From: SAR324 cluster bacterium SAR324-CTD7B
Lineage (GTDB): Bacteria > SAR324 > NAC60-12
Direction: 5' to 3'
Length of the DNA: 64,000 nucleotides
Assembly: GCA_002082305.1 (NCBI GenBank)
Contig: LSNO01000114.1
Location: forward strand, 3,431-67,430
Shown piece after piece: positions 9,112 to 18,775 of this stretch. A program made the translations under genes and the position numbers. Positions within the stretch are counted from its first letter, which is position 1, and every line of letters starts with the position of its first letter. Below the pieces are notes generated by a model. That model saw nothing but the letters and a program-made list of their open reading frames with translations. It ran no database searches and was not told the origin of the DNA.

Positions 9112-10571
9112 TTTTCAATATCTCTTTGATTCCTCAGACCCAGCGTTTCGATTTTTTTACGTAAAGTGTTTCTGTTAATTCCCAAAATTCTGGCTGATTT
9201 TTGCTGGTTCCAGTTAGTTTGTTCAAGGAGTAATTTCAGCAGGGGCCGTTCTACCTGAGGCAGTACTTCCGCCAACAGTGAATCTCTGTCGAATTCAACT
9301 GCATCCCGAACCAGTCCTTCCAGTTTTAAAGATGCAACCTCTTCAAGACTTTCTCCAGAATCTGTTACAGGCTGAGGCCTGAACAAATTTTTTGGCAAAG
9401 AGTCCAACATTATTGTGCCAGTGACATTGGTTATCATCAAGCTCTTGACAGTATTTTCCAATTCACGGATATTTCCCGGCCAGTTATAAAGAGCAAACAC
9501 ACGCATCACTTCGGGTTCTACTGCTTTGCGTCCGACAGCCATTTCTTTGCTTCCCTTCTGCAGAAAATGTTCAGTTAAAACCGGAATATCTTCCCGTCGT
9601 TCACGCAACGGAGCAATGTTAAGCGGAAAAACATTCAGCCGATAATACAGGTCAGTCCGGAAGTTTGAATTTTTTATCAAATCTTCCAGGTTCTGGTGCG
9701 TGGCAGCAATCACTCTCATATTTGTCGTGATTAGCTCGTGCCCCCCAACTCGTTCAAATTGTTTTTCCTGCAAGACCCTCAAGAGTTTACTCTGGAGCCT
9801 CATCGGCATGTCTCCAATCTCGTCCAGAAACAACGTTCCCTGACTGGCAAGTTCCAGTTTACCACGCTTGCGTTCGGTTGCACCAGTAAAAGCACCTTTT
9901 TCGTGACCGAATAATTCTGATTCCATCAACTCTGAAGGAATCGCAGCACAGTTAATTGCAACAAATGGTTGACTGGAGCGTAAAGAATGCTGGTGAATGG
10001 AACGTGCAATCAGTTCCTTCCCTGTTCCGCTTTCGCCTTGAATGAGTACTGTCAAATCTGTAGCTGCGACTCGACCGATTGCCTTATACAGGTCGCGCAT
10101 CACTTTGCTTTGACCGGCCAGTAAATCGTCTGCTTTTTTTCCGGATTTTATTCTTTTAGTTTCCGGAGTACTCAGCGGAACTCGAAGCGCACGTTTTACC
10201 AGTTCTTCAATTTCATCAATGTTAAAAGGCTTGGCCACATAATCAAAAGCACCGGCTTTCATTGCTTCAACAGTGTTATACATCGTACTCTGGCCGGTCA
10301 TGACGATAGTCAACAGAGACGGAAATTCTTTTAAAATTTCCCGGGTGAATGAAAGACCGTCTTTTCCGGGCAGGTTAATGTCAACAAAAGCGAGACGGAT
10401 CGGATGTTTCTGGAGGAGTGGTCTTGCTTCCAGAACGTCCGCAGCCAGATGAGGAATATAGCCGGCTTGTGATAAAGTGCGTTCCAGAACCCAGCGGATA
10501 CTATGCTCATCATCCAAGACCAATATTTGAGATGATTCTTTGCTTTGTTCAATTATCTCCTGTTTGGACAT
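9108..10571 (-). CDS. Sigma-54-dependent response regulator (NtrC/AtoC family: REC + AAA+ + Fis-type HTH)
   Basis: REC domain (ILVLDDE...FVDINLPG), Walker A GESGTGKE, GAFTGA sigma-54 contact loop (GHEKGAFTGA), C-terminal HTH (QKSARILGINRNTLRKK). No histidine kinase adjacent. Confidence 0.9.
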   Translation of the reverse strand: MSKQEIIEQSKESSQILVLDDEHSIRWVLERTLSQAGYIPHLAADVLEARPLLQKHPIRLAFVDINLPGKDGLSFTREILKEFPSLLTIVMTGQSTMYNTVEAMKAGAFDYVAKPFNIDEIEELVKRALRVPLSTPETKRIKSGKKADDLLAGQSKVMRDLYKAIGRVAATDLTVLIQGESGTGKELIARSIHQHSLRSSQPFVAINCAAIPSELMESELFGHEKGAFTGATERKRGKLELASQGTLFLDEIGDMPMRLQSKLLRVLQEKQFERVGGHELITTNMRVIAATHQNLEDLIKNSNFRTDLYYRLNVFPLNIAPLRERREDIPVLTEHFLQKGSKEMAVGRKAVEPEVMRVFALYNWPGNIRELENTVKSLMITNVTGTIMLDSLPKNLFRPQPVTDSGESLEEVASLKLEGLVRDAVEFDRDSLLAEVLPQVERPLLKLLLEQTNWNQQKSARILGINRNTLRKKIETLGLRNQRDIEK

Positions 10572-10638
10572 AGTTTATTTTTTTCTTTTTTGAATCCAAG
10601 CACGGATAACAATTTGTCCTGCCGGCGGAAAAAGTCCT

Positions 10639-11568
10639 TCAGGAATTTTGTATACTCTTGGAGACGTTATTCAGAAAACCATCCGGTAGTAAATCCTCTT
10701 TTGCTAGGAACTTAAACAGGCTCAACAATGATTCCCGCATACTCACTAAATCTTCTTCCAGAGGGTTAGCGTTTTCCAGGAACCATTTTTCCAGGAAATT
10801 TTTGATCAACTCCGAGTCCCATTCTGAAATGGGTGGTGGCTCAAAATCAACCAGGAAAACCTCCAAATCCTCTTCCACCTGCTCTTGTTTCTCAGCAGGT
10901 ACTAGTTCCATAAATTTATTATAAACATCTGTTTCGATTGCTGGTGTCCGTTCTTCCGGTTTTTCTTCATCCAGCAGTTCTCCATCTGCTTCTAAAATAG
11001 AATCGTCTTTTTCTGAACCTTCCATTTGTTTGGTAAGCTCCTGAATAAAATCATGATTGCGTTTATCAAACTCTTCCATTGCTGCAGGCAAACTGTTTAG
11101 ATCCAGTTTTTCTCCTTCTACTGCTGAACGTGTTTTCAGGAAAAGTGCAATTAGTACTGGGTTAGAAAGGTGTGGTATTTTGTCACTGTTCGCAATTTGA
11201 TGACGTGTTGCTTTTGCCAAAACAGATTTTATTGATTTTTCAGAATGTGCTGATTCCAACTGTTCAAGTCTCTGGTCAAGATCTGCAATAAACTCTTCAG
11301 TCAGCAGTTCCAATATTATTTCTATTTCTGTTTGTTCACTTTCCAGCAATGTACGGAGTTTCTCCTCACCCATATTTAAATCCGTCAGTTCCGGTTCAAA
11401 TGCCAGCGTGGGTAAAGTATTCAGGAGTTGTTCAAGTTGTTGTGGAGAGCCTGCTTGTTGAGAGTTTTTCTTGGGCATTGCTTTGCGGCGCCGGATCATT
11501 TTCTTTTGACGCTTTTCCTTTTGACGCTTTAGCATCCCTGTTTTTTTTTGTTTTCTTTTTTTAGCCAT
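10639..11568 (-). CDS. Hypothetical protein: about 35-aa Lys/Arg-rich N-terminus followed by a strongly acidic helical body
   Basis: 309-aa ORF filling the gap between annotated genes: MAKKRKQKKTGMLKRQKEKRQKKMIRRRKAMPKK, then E/D/L-rich sequence. No motif I recognise. Confidence 0.55.
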   Translation of the reverse strand: MAKKRKQKKTGMLKRQKEKRQKKMIRRRKAMPKKNSQQAGSPQQLEQLLNTLPTLAFEPELTDLNMGEEKLRTLLESEQTEIEIILELLTEEFIADLDQRLEQLESAHSEKSIKSVLAKATRHQIANSDKIPHLSNPVLIALFLKTRSAVEGEKLDLNSLPAAMEEFDKRNHDFIQELTKQMEGSEKDDSILEADGELLDEEKPEERTPAIETDVYNKFMELVPAEKQEQVEEDLEVFLVDFEPPPISEWDSELIKNFLEKWFLENANPLEEDLVSMRESLLSLFKFLAKEDLLPDGFLNNVSKSIQNS

Positions 11569-11648
11569 ATTTAAATAGACAAGTATTCAAGTTGTGAAAT
11601 CAATCACACATTATTGCAGAATTATCAAATAAAATCACGTCAAATTAG

Positions 11649-11663
11649 TGGCTTGTTATTTGC
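11649..11663 (+). promoter_or_regulatory. Candidate sigma-54 (-24/-12) promoter for the DUF1504 paralogue pair
   Basis: TGGCTT-GTTAT-TTGC matches TGGCAC-N5-TTGC with correct GG/GC spacing, about 90 nt upstream of ATG 11755. Confidence 0.45.
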
Positions 11664-11754
11664 TCGTTCCTTGTTTAATTTGACAGGATCAAAAAACAAT
11701 ACATTTGCTTTCAACAGTGAAGTACAAAATTTTTTCTAATTGCAGGTTAGTTTA

Positions 11755-13335
11755 ATGAATCAGATTCGAAAATATTGGCTGGGACTAATAATGATTGGTG
11801 GATTAGCGGTAATTGCCGTTGCAGGTGGTGACGTTGGAAGTTCACCTCTATTCCCCATTCCACTCGATTCTTATGGAGATGCAGACTTGATTAAAAGTGG
11901 AGATATTTTCGCTGTTCTGGGGAACCGTATTACACATACACCGTTCAATCTGTTTGCATCACTCATTTTTTTGTTTGCTATTGTGCATACATTTGCTGCA
12001 ATAAAAATCACCGGCATTGCAAAAAAAATGGAACTCACTCATGCCGAAAAAATGAGAAAGTCGGGTAAATCCGAGGAAGAAATAGAACAAGATCCTCCAG
12101 TTATGGCTGAAATGCTGCATTTTTTTGGAGAGGTGGAAGCAATTTTCGGAATTTGGGTTATCGTTTTGGCAGCAGTAACGATTTCGTTTTATGACTGGTC
12201 CACTTTCAAAATTTATATAGCACAAACAGTAAATTACACTGAACCAATGTTTGTAGTGGTCATTATGGCCTTGGCTGCAACACGTCCGGTAATGCAGTTG
12301 GCTAAACAGATTCTAGGGAAATTTGCCTCCATTGGAAAAAGTTCCCCGGGTGCGTGGTGGCTGTCTATTTTAACTTTGGCTCCAATCTTAGGTTCTTTCA
12401 TTACAGAGCCGGCTGCTATGACCATAGCCGCAATGCTTTTGGCTGAACAGTTTTACCGACTTAAACCTTCCAGTAAACTAGCCTACGCTACTATCGGGCT
12501 CCTCTTTGTCAACATTTCGGTCGGTGGTACTCTTACCAATTTTGCCGCCCCACCTGTACTGATGGTGAAAACACCCTGGGACTGGACATCTTCATTCATG
12601 ACCCTTAACTTTGGCTGGAAAGCATTATTGGGAATTCTCATTTCAAACTTAATTTATTATTTTGCGTTTAAAAAAGAGTTTTCCAAGTTTGCTTCCGATT
12701 TTGAAGCAGAAGCAGAAATGGAAAAGGATTTAGAGCGTCATGAAGATTCTATCCCAATATGGATCACTGCAGTACACCTTCTTTTCATGGGCTGGACCGT
12801 GTTGAATGCACACTATCCACCGCTTTTCATAGGTGGATTTTTATTCTTCCTTGGTTTTGCAATGGCAACCAAAGCACATCAAAGCCATATCAATTTGAAA
12901 CCACCTTTACTGGTAGGTTTTTTCCTGGCGGGCTTGGTAACACACGGTGGAGTTCAGGCTTGGTGGATTGCTCCTGTTTTGGGCTCCCTGGGTGACTTAC
13001 CGCTGATGCTGATGGCTACTGTGCTGACAGCATTCAATGATAATGCGGCAATTACATACTTGAGCACTTTGGTCCCGGACTTTGCTATTTCAGCAAAATA
13101 TGCAGTAGTTGCCGGAGCTGTGACTGGAGGGGGATTAACGGTGATTGCAAACGCTCCTAATCCTGCAGGCCAATCCATTTTGTCCAAGTTTTTCCCCGGT
13201 GGAGTGAATCCTGCAAAGCTTGCATTGGGAGCAATCATTCCCACGGTCATTGTGGGGCTGGCTTTTATGGCCATTCCGCAGGATGTTCACGATCCTCAGT
13301 CAGTGGATCAAAGCAAAGTTGAAATCTCTGACTGA
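11755..13335 (+). CDS. Polytopic membrane protein, DUF1504 / putative Na+/H+ antiporter family (paralogue 1)
   Basis: About 12 predicted TM segments; clearly homologous along its length to the next gene (shared blocks GSFITEPAAMTIAA, YATIGLLFVNxSVGGTLTxFAAPPVLMV, TAFNDNAAITYL, VVAGAVTGGGLTVIANAPNPAGQSIL). ATG 11755 preferred over TTG 11740. Confidence 0.8.
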   Translation: MNQIRKYWLGLIMIGGLAVIAVAGGDVGSSPLFPIPLDSYGDADLIKSGDIFAVLGNRITHTPFNLFASLIFLFAIVHTFAAIKITGIAKKMELTHAEKMRKSGKSEEEIEQDPPVMAEMLHFFGEVEAIFGIWVIVLAAVTISFYDWSTFKIYIAQTVNYTEPMFVVVIMALAATRPVMQLAKQILGKFASIGKSSPGAWWLSILTLAPILGSFITEPAAMTIAAMLLAEQFYRLKPSSKLAYATIGLLFVNISVGGTLTNFAAPPVLMVKTPWDWTSSFMTLNFGWKALLGILISNLIYYFAFKKEFSKFASDFEAEAEMEKDLERHEDSIPIWITAVHLLFMGWTVLNAHYPPLFIGGFLFFLGFAMATKAHQSHINLKPPLLVGFFLAGLVTHGGVQAWWIAPVLGSLGDLPLMLMATVLTAFNDNAAITYLSTLVPDFAISAKYAVVAGAVTGGGLTVIANAPNPAGQSILSKFFPGGVNPAKLALGAIIPTVIVGLAFMAIPQDVHDPQSVDQSKVEISD

Positions 13336-13623
13336 CTCTAACACTCAGGTTAAATATTTTGAAGTTTGAAACACATTCTTCAGGAGTTATCAGAGCGGAA
13401 TCTGATTTATCTGTAGTTAATTAAATGTTGTATTTTTTCAATAACTTCTGTAAAAGAACTTTCAGGAAAAATATTTTTCCACTTTGAGATGTTGAAAATG
13501 GTTGATCTTTACTTTACAGAAAAAATAATTTGTCGAGATTTCTCTTAATTGTCAAAATGGGAAAGTGATTCAGCTTTTTCAAGTACTAAATTAAAATGTG
13601 CAAACCCTTTAACGGAGAAGACT

Positions 13624-15264
13624 ATGCATAGATTTACAAAAATATTCGTAACAGTTTTAATATTGGGCTTAATCAGTTCAGCTTTATATGCATCGAAAGG
13701 AAGTAATTCAACCCCCTTTCCTGTGCCTCTGAGCTGCTACTCTGAAGATTATGGTTCCCCGAATTTTTTAGCGGAGAGGTGTGATCAGGTTCACGGATCT
13801 GAAGGCTTCCGGGATCCGGAAGGAGCAAGTATGGCTGAGATACTATCCCACCGCATTAGTGCAAATCCGTTCAATTTAGTTGTATCATTGATTTTTCTGA
13901 TTGCCATTCTGCACACATTCATGGCCAACAAGTTGACGGCCAAAGCACACCAGATTCATGAAGAGCATGATGAGCGGATGAAAGCGGCTGGTGCTTCTGA
14001 AGAAGAAATCAAGCATGACATTCCTTTCAAAGCAGAGCTTTTTCACTTTCTGGGAGAAGTTGAAGTTGTGTTTGGAATGTGGGTCATTGCCTTGTTGTTT
14101 GTCACAATCGGTTTTTTCGATTGGACTACATTTAAGAATTACATGGTCTACGACCGAGTTTTCATTGAGCCAATGTTTGTGGTTGTAATCATGGCAATTG
14201 CCTCAACGAGACCGGTTGTCAAGGTTTCAGAACAGTTACTGGGTCTTGCTGCGGGTTTAGGAGGACACAGTAAAGCTGCCTGGTGGTTTTCGATTTTGCT
14301 GATTGCTCCCCTGCTTGGTTCTTTTATCACCGAACCTGCTGCAATGACGATTGCCGCTCTTTTATTGGCTAACCAATTTTACAAGCACAGGCCTTCCTCA
14401 GGATTTGCCTATGCCACGATTGGTCTGCTCTTCGTCAATGTCTCAGTAGGTGGAACGCTCACTCACTTTGCCGCACCACCAGTTCTGATGGTTGCAACTA
14501 CATGGGATTGGAGCATGGGTTTCATGGCGGCTAACTTCGGTTGGAAGGCGGCGTTGGGTATTTTAATATCTAATGTGCTTTACTTCATGGTCTTTCGTGG
14601 ACAGTTTGCCAAAATGGGTAAGGATGAAGTAAAGGAAGCAGGCGCAGAATTCCACACACCTGAAGTGCAAAAACTTAAACCAGGTCAAATGAGCCATGAC
14701 GAATTTGAAGCCATGTGGGCTGAAAGAGAAACTACAATTCCATGGTGGGTTACGCTGGTTCACCTTTGTTTTTTAGCCTGGACAGTTTATACTGCACATT
14801 ATCCAGCATTGTTTATTCCTGGGTTGCTCTTTTTTCTGGGGTTTATGTCGCTCACTGCAACGCATCAGAACAAGGTGGAACTCAAGGGGCCGATCATGGT
14901 TGGTTTTTTCCTGGGCGGTCTGATTATTCACGGAGGACTGCAGGCCTGGTGGATTGCACCAGTTCTGGGCTCTCTGGCTGAAGTTCCCCTTATGCTTACT
15001 GCGACGATCTTGACTGCATTCAATGATAATGCAGCGATAACTTATTTGGCTACATTGGTACCGAACTTAGCCGAAGCCTCAAAATATGCAGTGGTGGCTG
15101 GTGCTGTGACCGGAGGTGGACTAACAGTGATTGCAAATGCACCGAATCCCGCGGGTCAGTCTATTCTTGGACGCTTTTTTGAGCATGGTGTAAATCCTTT
15201 AAAATTGTTGATTGCTGCTCTGGTCCCCACAATTATCATGGGGCTATGTTTCATGATCTTATAA
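13624..15264 (+). CDS. Polytopic membrane protein, DUF1504 / putative Na+/H+ antiporter family (paralogue 2)
   Basis: Same conserved blocks as paralogue 1. ATG 13624 (MHRFTKIFVTVLILG signal-like start) preferred over TTG 13549. Confidence 0.8.
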   Translation: MHRFTKIFVTVLILGLISSALYASKGSNSTPFPVPLSCYSEDYGSPNFLAERCDQVHGSEGFRDPEGASMAEILSHRISANPFNLVVSLIFLIAILHTFMANKLTAKAHQIHEEHDERMKAAGASEEEIKHDIPFKAELFHFLGEVEVVFGMWVIALLFVTIGFFDWTTFKNYMVYDRVFIEPMFVVVIMAIASTRPVVKVSEQLLGLAAGLGGHSKAAWWFSILLIAPLLGSFITEPAAMTIAALLLANQFYKHRPSSGFAYATIGLLFVNVSVGGTLTHFAAPPVLMVATTWDWSMGFMAANFGWKAALGILISNVLYFMVFRGQFAKMGKDEVKEAGAEFHTPEVQKLKPGQMSHDEFEAMWAERETTIPWWVTLVHLCFLAWTVYTAHYPALFIPGLLFFLGFMSLTATHQNKVELKGPIMVGFFLGGLIIHGGLQAWWIAPVLGSLAEVPLMLTATILTAFNDNAAITYLATLVPNLAEASKYAVVAGAVTGGGLTVIANAPNPAGQSILGRFFEHGVNPLKLLIAALVPTIIMGLCFMIL

Positions 15265-15284
15265 TTGGGAATATTCTGGTATTA

Positions 15285-15307
15285 AGTGCGGGATTAATTC
15301 CCGCACT
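15285..15307. terminator. Hairpin between convergent genes (possible bidirectional terminator)
   Basis: AGTGCGGGA-TTAAT-TCCCGCACT, a perfect 9-bp stem 20 nt after the DUF1504 stop. The T-tract is weak. Confidence 0.4.
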
Positions 15308-15343
15308 GCTGTTTAGAGAATCATCTGATTATTTTTACTTTGC

Positions 15344-15913
15344 TTAAAGGTGCTTGTAAAAGTGCACGCCTATAGACGGACTGGAGGTCTTAATGAATAA
15401 ATTATTTTCCAGGCTGATTTGTCTTTGAGCAATCTCAAAAGCCAGCCCCAGAATTTCAAAAGGAAACTCCCAGCCGATCCCTAAATATCCTCCATTTCCT
15501 TTTAACTCGCCAAGAGATCCCTGGGTTTTCAGCAGGTTTTTTGAAATACCCCAGCGCAAAAAAAGACCCCCATCTCCCTGGAGTGGATCATGTTTGCCCT
15601 CAAATCCAAGCTTCCAGAGTTCCATACGTTGTCCTCTGCCGATGCTTTCAGATTCTCTTGCAAAATCAATGTACATCAAACCAAGAGCCAGTCCGAATGA
15701 GTTCTCATAAGCCTCTTCCCACCAAAAATTTATTGTCGGACCAATTCCGGAAGTTGTTTCTTTTTCAATCTGGTTACCGTATTTTAGCGTTACAGTATCA
15801 AAATGCTCCCTTGCTCTGAGCCTCCATTTTCCTGCAAATGCAGTTTCAACCACGCACAAAAAAATCAAGATCACACAGAAAAAACTCTTCCAATTTATTA
15901 ATAAATGCGGCAT
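15344..15913 (-). CDS. Small secreted / outer-membrane beta-barrel-like hypothetical protein
   Basis: Signal peptide (MPHLLINWKSFFCVILIFLCVVETAFA), alternating Gly/aromatic strand pattern. ATG 15913 preferred over TTG 15970. Confidence 0.5.
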   Translation of the reverse strand: MPHLLINWKSFFCVILIFLCVVETAFAGKWRLRAREHFDTVTLKYGNQIEKETTSGIGPTINFWWEEAYENSFGLALGLMYIDFARESESIGRGQRMELWKLGFEGKHDPLQGDGGLFLRWGISKNLLKTQGSLGELKGNGGYLGIGWEFPFEILGLAFEIAQRQISLENNLFIKTSSPSIGVHFYKHL

Positions 15914-15966
15914 TTTGCTTGTATTGCGGTAATGGCTGGTATTTTCGGGTACAGACAGTTTTATTG

Positions 15967-18099
15967 TCAAACGAACTTAACACCATGTTTGTTAAACGGC
16001 AATGAACGACAACGTTTTCCTGTTGCAGAAAAAATGGCATTGGCTAAAGCAGGAGCGGCCAATGGAACAGAGGGCTCTCCTACACCTCCTATGTCTTCAC
16101 CACTTTCGATGATGCTGACAGAAATGTCCGGAGTGCTTTTCATCCGTAAAACGGAGTAATCGTGAAAATTACTTTGTTCCACTCGTCCGGCCTTTAAAGT
16201 AATTTCTTCGCCAACAGCCGCTGAAAGTCCAAAAATAAATCCACCTTCCATCTGTGCCCGAACTATATCCGGATTGACGACTTTCCCGCAGTCAACAGAG
16301 ATCCACACGTTGTGCAATTCCAATCTTCCGGATGTATTCGAGGAAATTTCAATCACTGCTCCGACAATGCTTCCGAACGATTTATGAATTGCGATTCCCA
16401 ATCCGTGTCCCTTCTGAAGTCTCCGTCCCCATTTGGCATCTTGCGCCACTTTTTCCAAAACATTCAGGTAACGGGGTTTTTCTGCCAGAAGTTTGCGTCG
16501 GTATTCAAACGGATTATGTTGAGCCAAATGAGAAGCTTCGTCGATAGCACTTTCTATATAGAATGCATTGTGGGAACTTCCCACTGAACGCCAAAATCCA
16601 ACTGGAACTCCGGGGTCAACCATTGAAAAATCAAAATCAAAATCAGGAATTGCATACGGCAGTTCCTTCGCACCTTCTGTGGAAGTTGGATCAAATCCAA
16701 ACCATCCCAGCGGAGCAAAATATCTTTTTAAAATCGATGGTGCAGCTAATTGATTTTTCCATTTTTCCGGCAGTCCATTTTTGCCCAGACTGATTTGAAA
16801 ACGACTCATGCTGGCAGGACGGTAAAAATCATGTTGCATGTCTTCTTCCCGCATCCAGGTCACCTGTACGGGTTTTCCTAAATTTTTGGAAATTGTAACT
16901 GCTTGTGTCACGTAGTCTATTTCAATGCGGCGTCCAAAACCGCCGCCGAGCAAGGTGGTGTGTATCCGGATTTGATCTTCATCCAAACCTGTGATTTCCT
17001 TTGTGACATCAAGTGACATTTCTTGATTTTGAGTTGGTGCCCAAACTTCGCAAAAATTATCTGTTACAGATGCAGTACAGTTCATCGGTTCCAGTGTGGC
17101 ATGAGCCAGGTATGGGACTTCATATTCCAAATCAAGTACTTTTGGTGAATCAAGCTCAACCTTTCCTTCGTTATCAAGTGCCTTACGGAATTGTTTACGG
17201 ACCTTCTGACAGTCAAGTCCCTTTGTCAACCCGTCTTGAAATTGCGGATTCAGTGCCTCCATACCCTTTTTTGCCCGCCAGGTATTATTTGCCACTACTG
17301 CAATTCCGTTTGGAATTGAAACAACTGCTGTCACACCGCGGATACTTTTTGCTGCAGTTTCGTCGTGAGACAACACTGTTCCTTCAAAAACAGGAGATTG
17401 CCGGACAGTCGCAAAAAGCATTCCGGGCAAACGTACATCAATTCCGAATTTGGCGGTTCCGTTGATCTTGTCCGGAAGATCAAGTCGTGGAACCGGTTTG
17501 CCTACCAAACTATATTCTTCCGGAGCTTTTAGTGTTGGATCTGAAGGGACATCCAGTTTTCCGGCAGCTTCGACTAATTCGCCATAACCTAGTTTTCGAC
17601 TACTTTTTTGATGAATAATGTATCCGGATTGTGCCTTACATGCCCCAACGCTGACACCCCATTTTTGGGCCGCCGCCGTTATTAGCATTTCCCGTGCTGC
17701 CGCTCCAACTTCACGTAGTGGTTCCCAGAATCCCTTAATACTGGTACTGCCGCCGGTGAGTTGCATAGGCTGTTCCGGATTTTTGTAATCCGAATTAACA
17801 GGTGCAGTTTCAGTTTTTATACTTTGCCAATCTGCTTCCAGCTCTTCTGCCAATATCATGGAGAGTGAGGTATTCACCCCTTGCCCCATTTCAGAGCTGG
17901 GAGCAATCAGTGTAATGGTTCCATCCGGCGCAATCCGAATCCACAGTCCTAGTTCCGCACCTTTTTCTCCTGAAACCGAAACTCGACCACCAGTTGCTGA
18001 ATTCACCAAGGGAACAAAAGTAAATCCAAGTGCCAAACCTGCCCCGGCAAAAGTGGAAGTTTTTATGAAAGTTCGACGCTTGAAAGACTGTTTTTTCAT
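15967..18099 (-). CDS. Molybdopterin-binding subunit of an IorAB-type (xanthine dehydrogenase family) oxidoreductase, Tat-exported
   Basis: 710 aa; twin-arginine leader MKKQSFKRRTFIKTSTFAGAGLALG; aldehyde oxidase/xanthine dehydrogenase Mo-binding blocks (GGGFGRR, MEGGFIFGLS). Follows the 2Fe-2S subunit by 1 nt. Confidence 0.85.
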   Translation of the reverse strand: MKKQSFKRRTFIKTSTFAGAGLALGFTFVPLVNSATGGRVSVSGEKGAELGLWIRIAPDGTITLIAPSSEMGQGVNTSLSMILAEELEADWQSIKTETAPVNSDYKNPEQPMQLTGGSTSIKGFWEPLREVGAAAREMLITAAAQKWGVSVGACKAQSGYIIHQKSSRKLGYGELVEAAGKLDVPSDPTLKAPEEYSLVGKPVPRLDLPDKINGTAKFGIDVRLPGMLFATVRQSPVFEGTVLSHDETAAKSIRGVTAVVSIPNGIAVVANNTWRAKKGMEALNPQFQDGLTKGLDCQKVRKQFRKALDNEGKVELDSPKVLDLEYEVPYLAHATLEPMNCTASVTDNFCEVWAPTQNQEMSLDVTKEITGLDEDQIRIHTTLLGGGFGRRIEIDYVTQAVTISKNLGKPVQVTWMREEDMQHDFYRPASMSRFQISLGKNGLPEKWKNQLAAPSILKRYFAPLGWFGFDPTSTEGAKELPYAIPDFDFDFSMVDPGVPVGFWRSVGSSHNAFYIESAIDEASHLAQHNPFEYRRKLLAEKPRYLNVLEKVAQDAKWGRRLQKGHGLGIAIHKSFGSIVGAVIEISSNTSGRLELHNVWISVDCGKVVNPDIVRAQMEGGFIFGLSAAVGEEITLKAGRVEQSNFHDYSVLRMKSTPDISVSIIESGEDIGGVGEPSVPLAAPALANAIFSATGKRCRSLPFNKHGVKFV

Positions 18100-18100
18100 T

Positions 18101-18565
18101 TCAAACTCGTTGCTTCCGCATCAGTTCTGCAGAGCGGCTAATTCCCCGCCGCACCCGGACATAAGTCCCGCAACGACACAAATTTGTGATATTATCCTCA
18201 ACTTCCTCAGCAGTCGGTTTTGGATTTTTTGCCAACAATGCCGCAGTGGCCATTATTTGTCCGGACTGACAATAGCCGCACTGCGGAACTTGTTCTTCAA
18301 GCCATGCTTGTTGCACCGGATGTTTATTGTGGTGGGAAAGCCCTTCTATAGTTGTAATTTTGGTGCCCACCGCTGCAGCAACCGGAAAACTACACGAGCG
18401 TGCTGCTTGTCCGTTGATATGTACTGTACAGGCTCCACATTCTCCTATGCCGCAGCCAAATTTAGTTCCAGTCAAACCCAGATCGTCACGCAAAACCCAA
18501 AGCAGGGGCATCTCGGCTTCCACATCTATTTGATATTTTTTCCCATTTATTTCCAATGTTTGCAT
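18101..18565 (-). CDS. [2Fe-2S]-binding small subunit of the IorAB-type oxidoreductase
   Basis: 154 aa: GTKFGCGIGECGACTV and QCGYCQSGQIM cluster motifs. Confidence 0.9.
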   Translation of the reverse strand: MQTLEINGKKYQIDVEAEMPLLWVLRDDLGLTGTKFGCGIGECGACTVHINGQAARSCSFPVAAAVGTKITTIEGLSHHNKHPVQQAWLEEQVPQCGYCQSGQIMATAALLAKNPKPTAEEVEDNITNLCRCGTYVRVRRGISRSAELMRKQRV

Positions 18566-18775
18566 GTCTTCCTAATAATTATTTAAGGATTAATTTTTAT
18601 AGTGTGTCAACTTCCTGAAAAATTGTATTTCCCATCGATATCTGTAATTCAGGAACTCGTATGCATCTTAAATAATAGCTTTCCTTTTTCATAGGAATGA
18701 AAAACAAGTTTGTAATTTTGATTTTTTATAAGTTCAACATAATATAACAGTTGGTGGACAGTAAGACGAGTTTTG

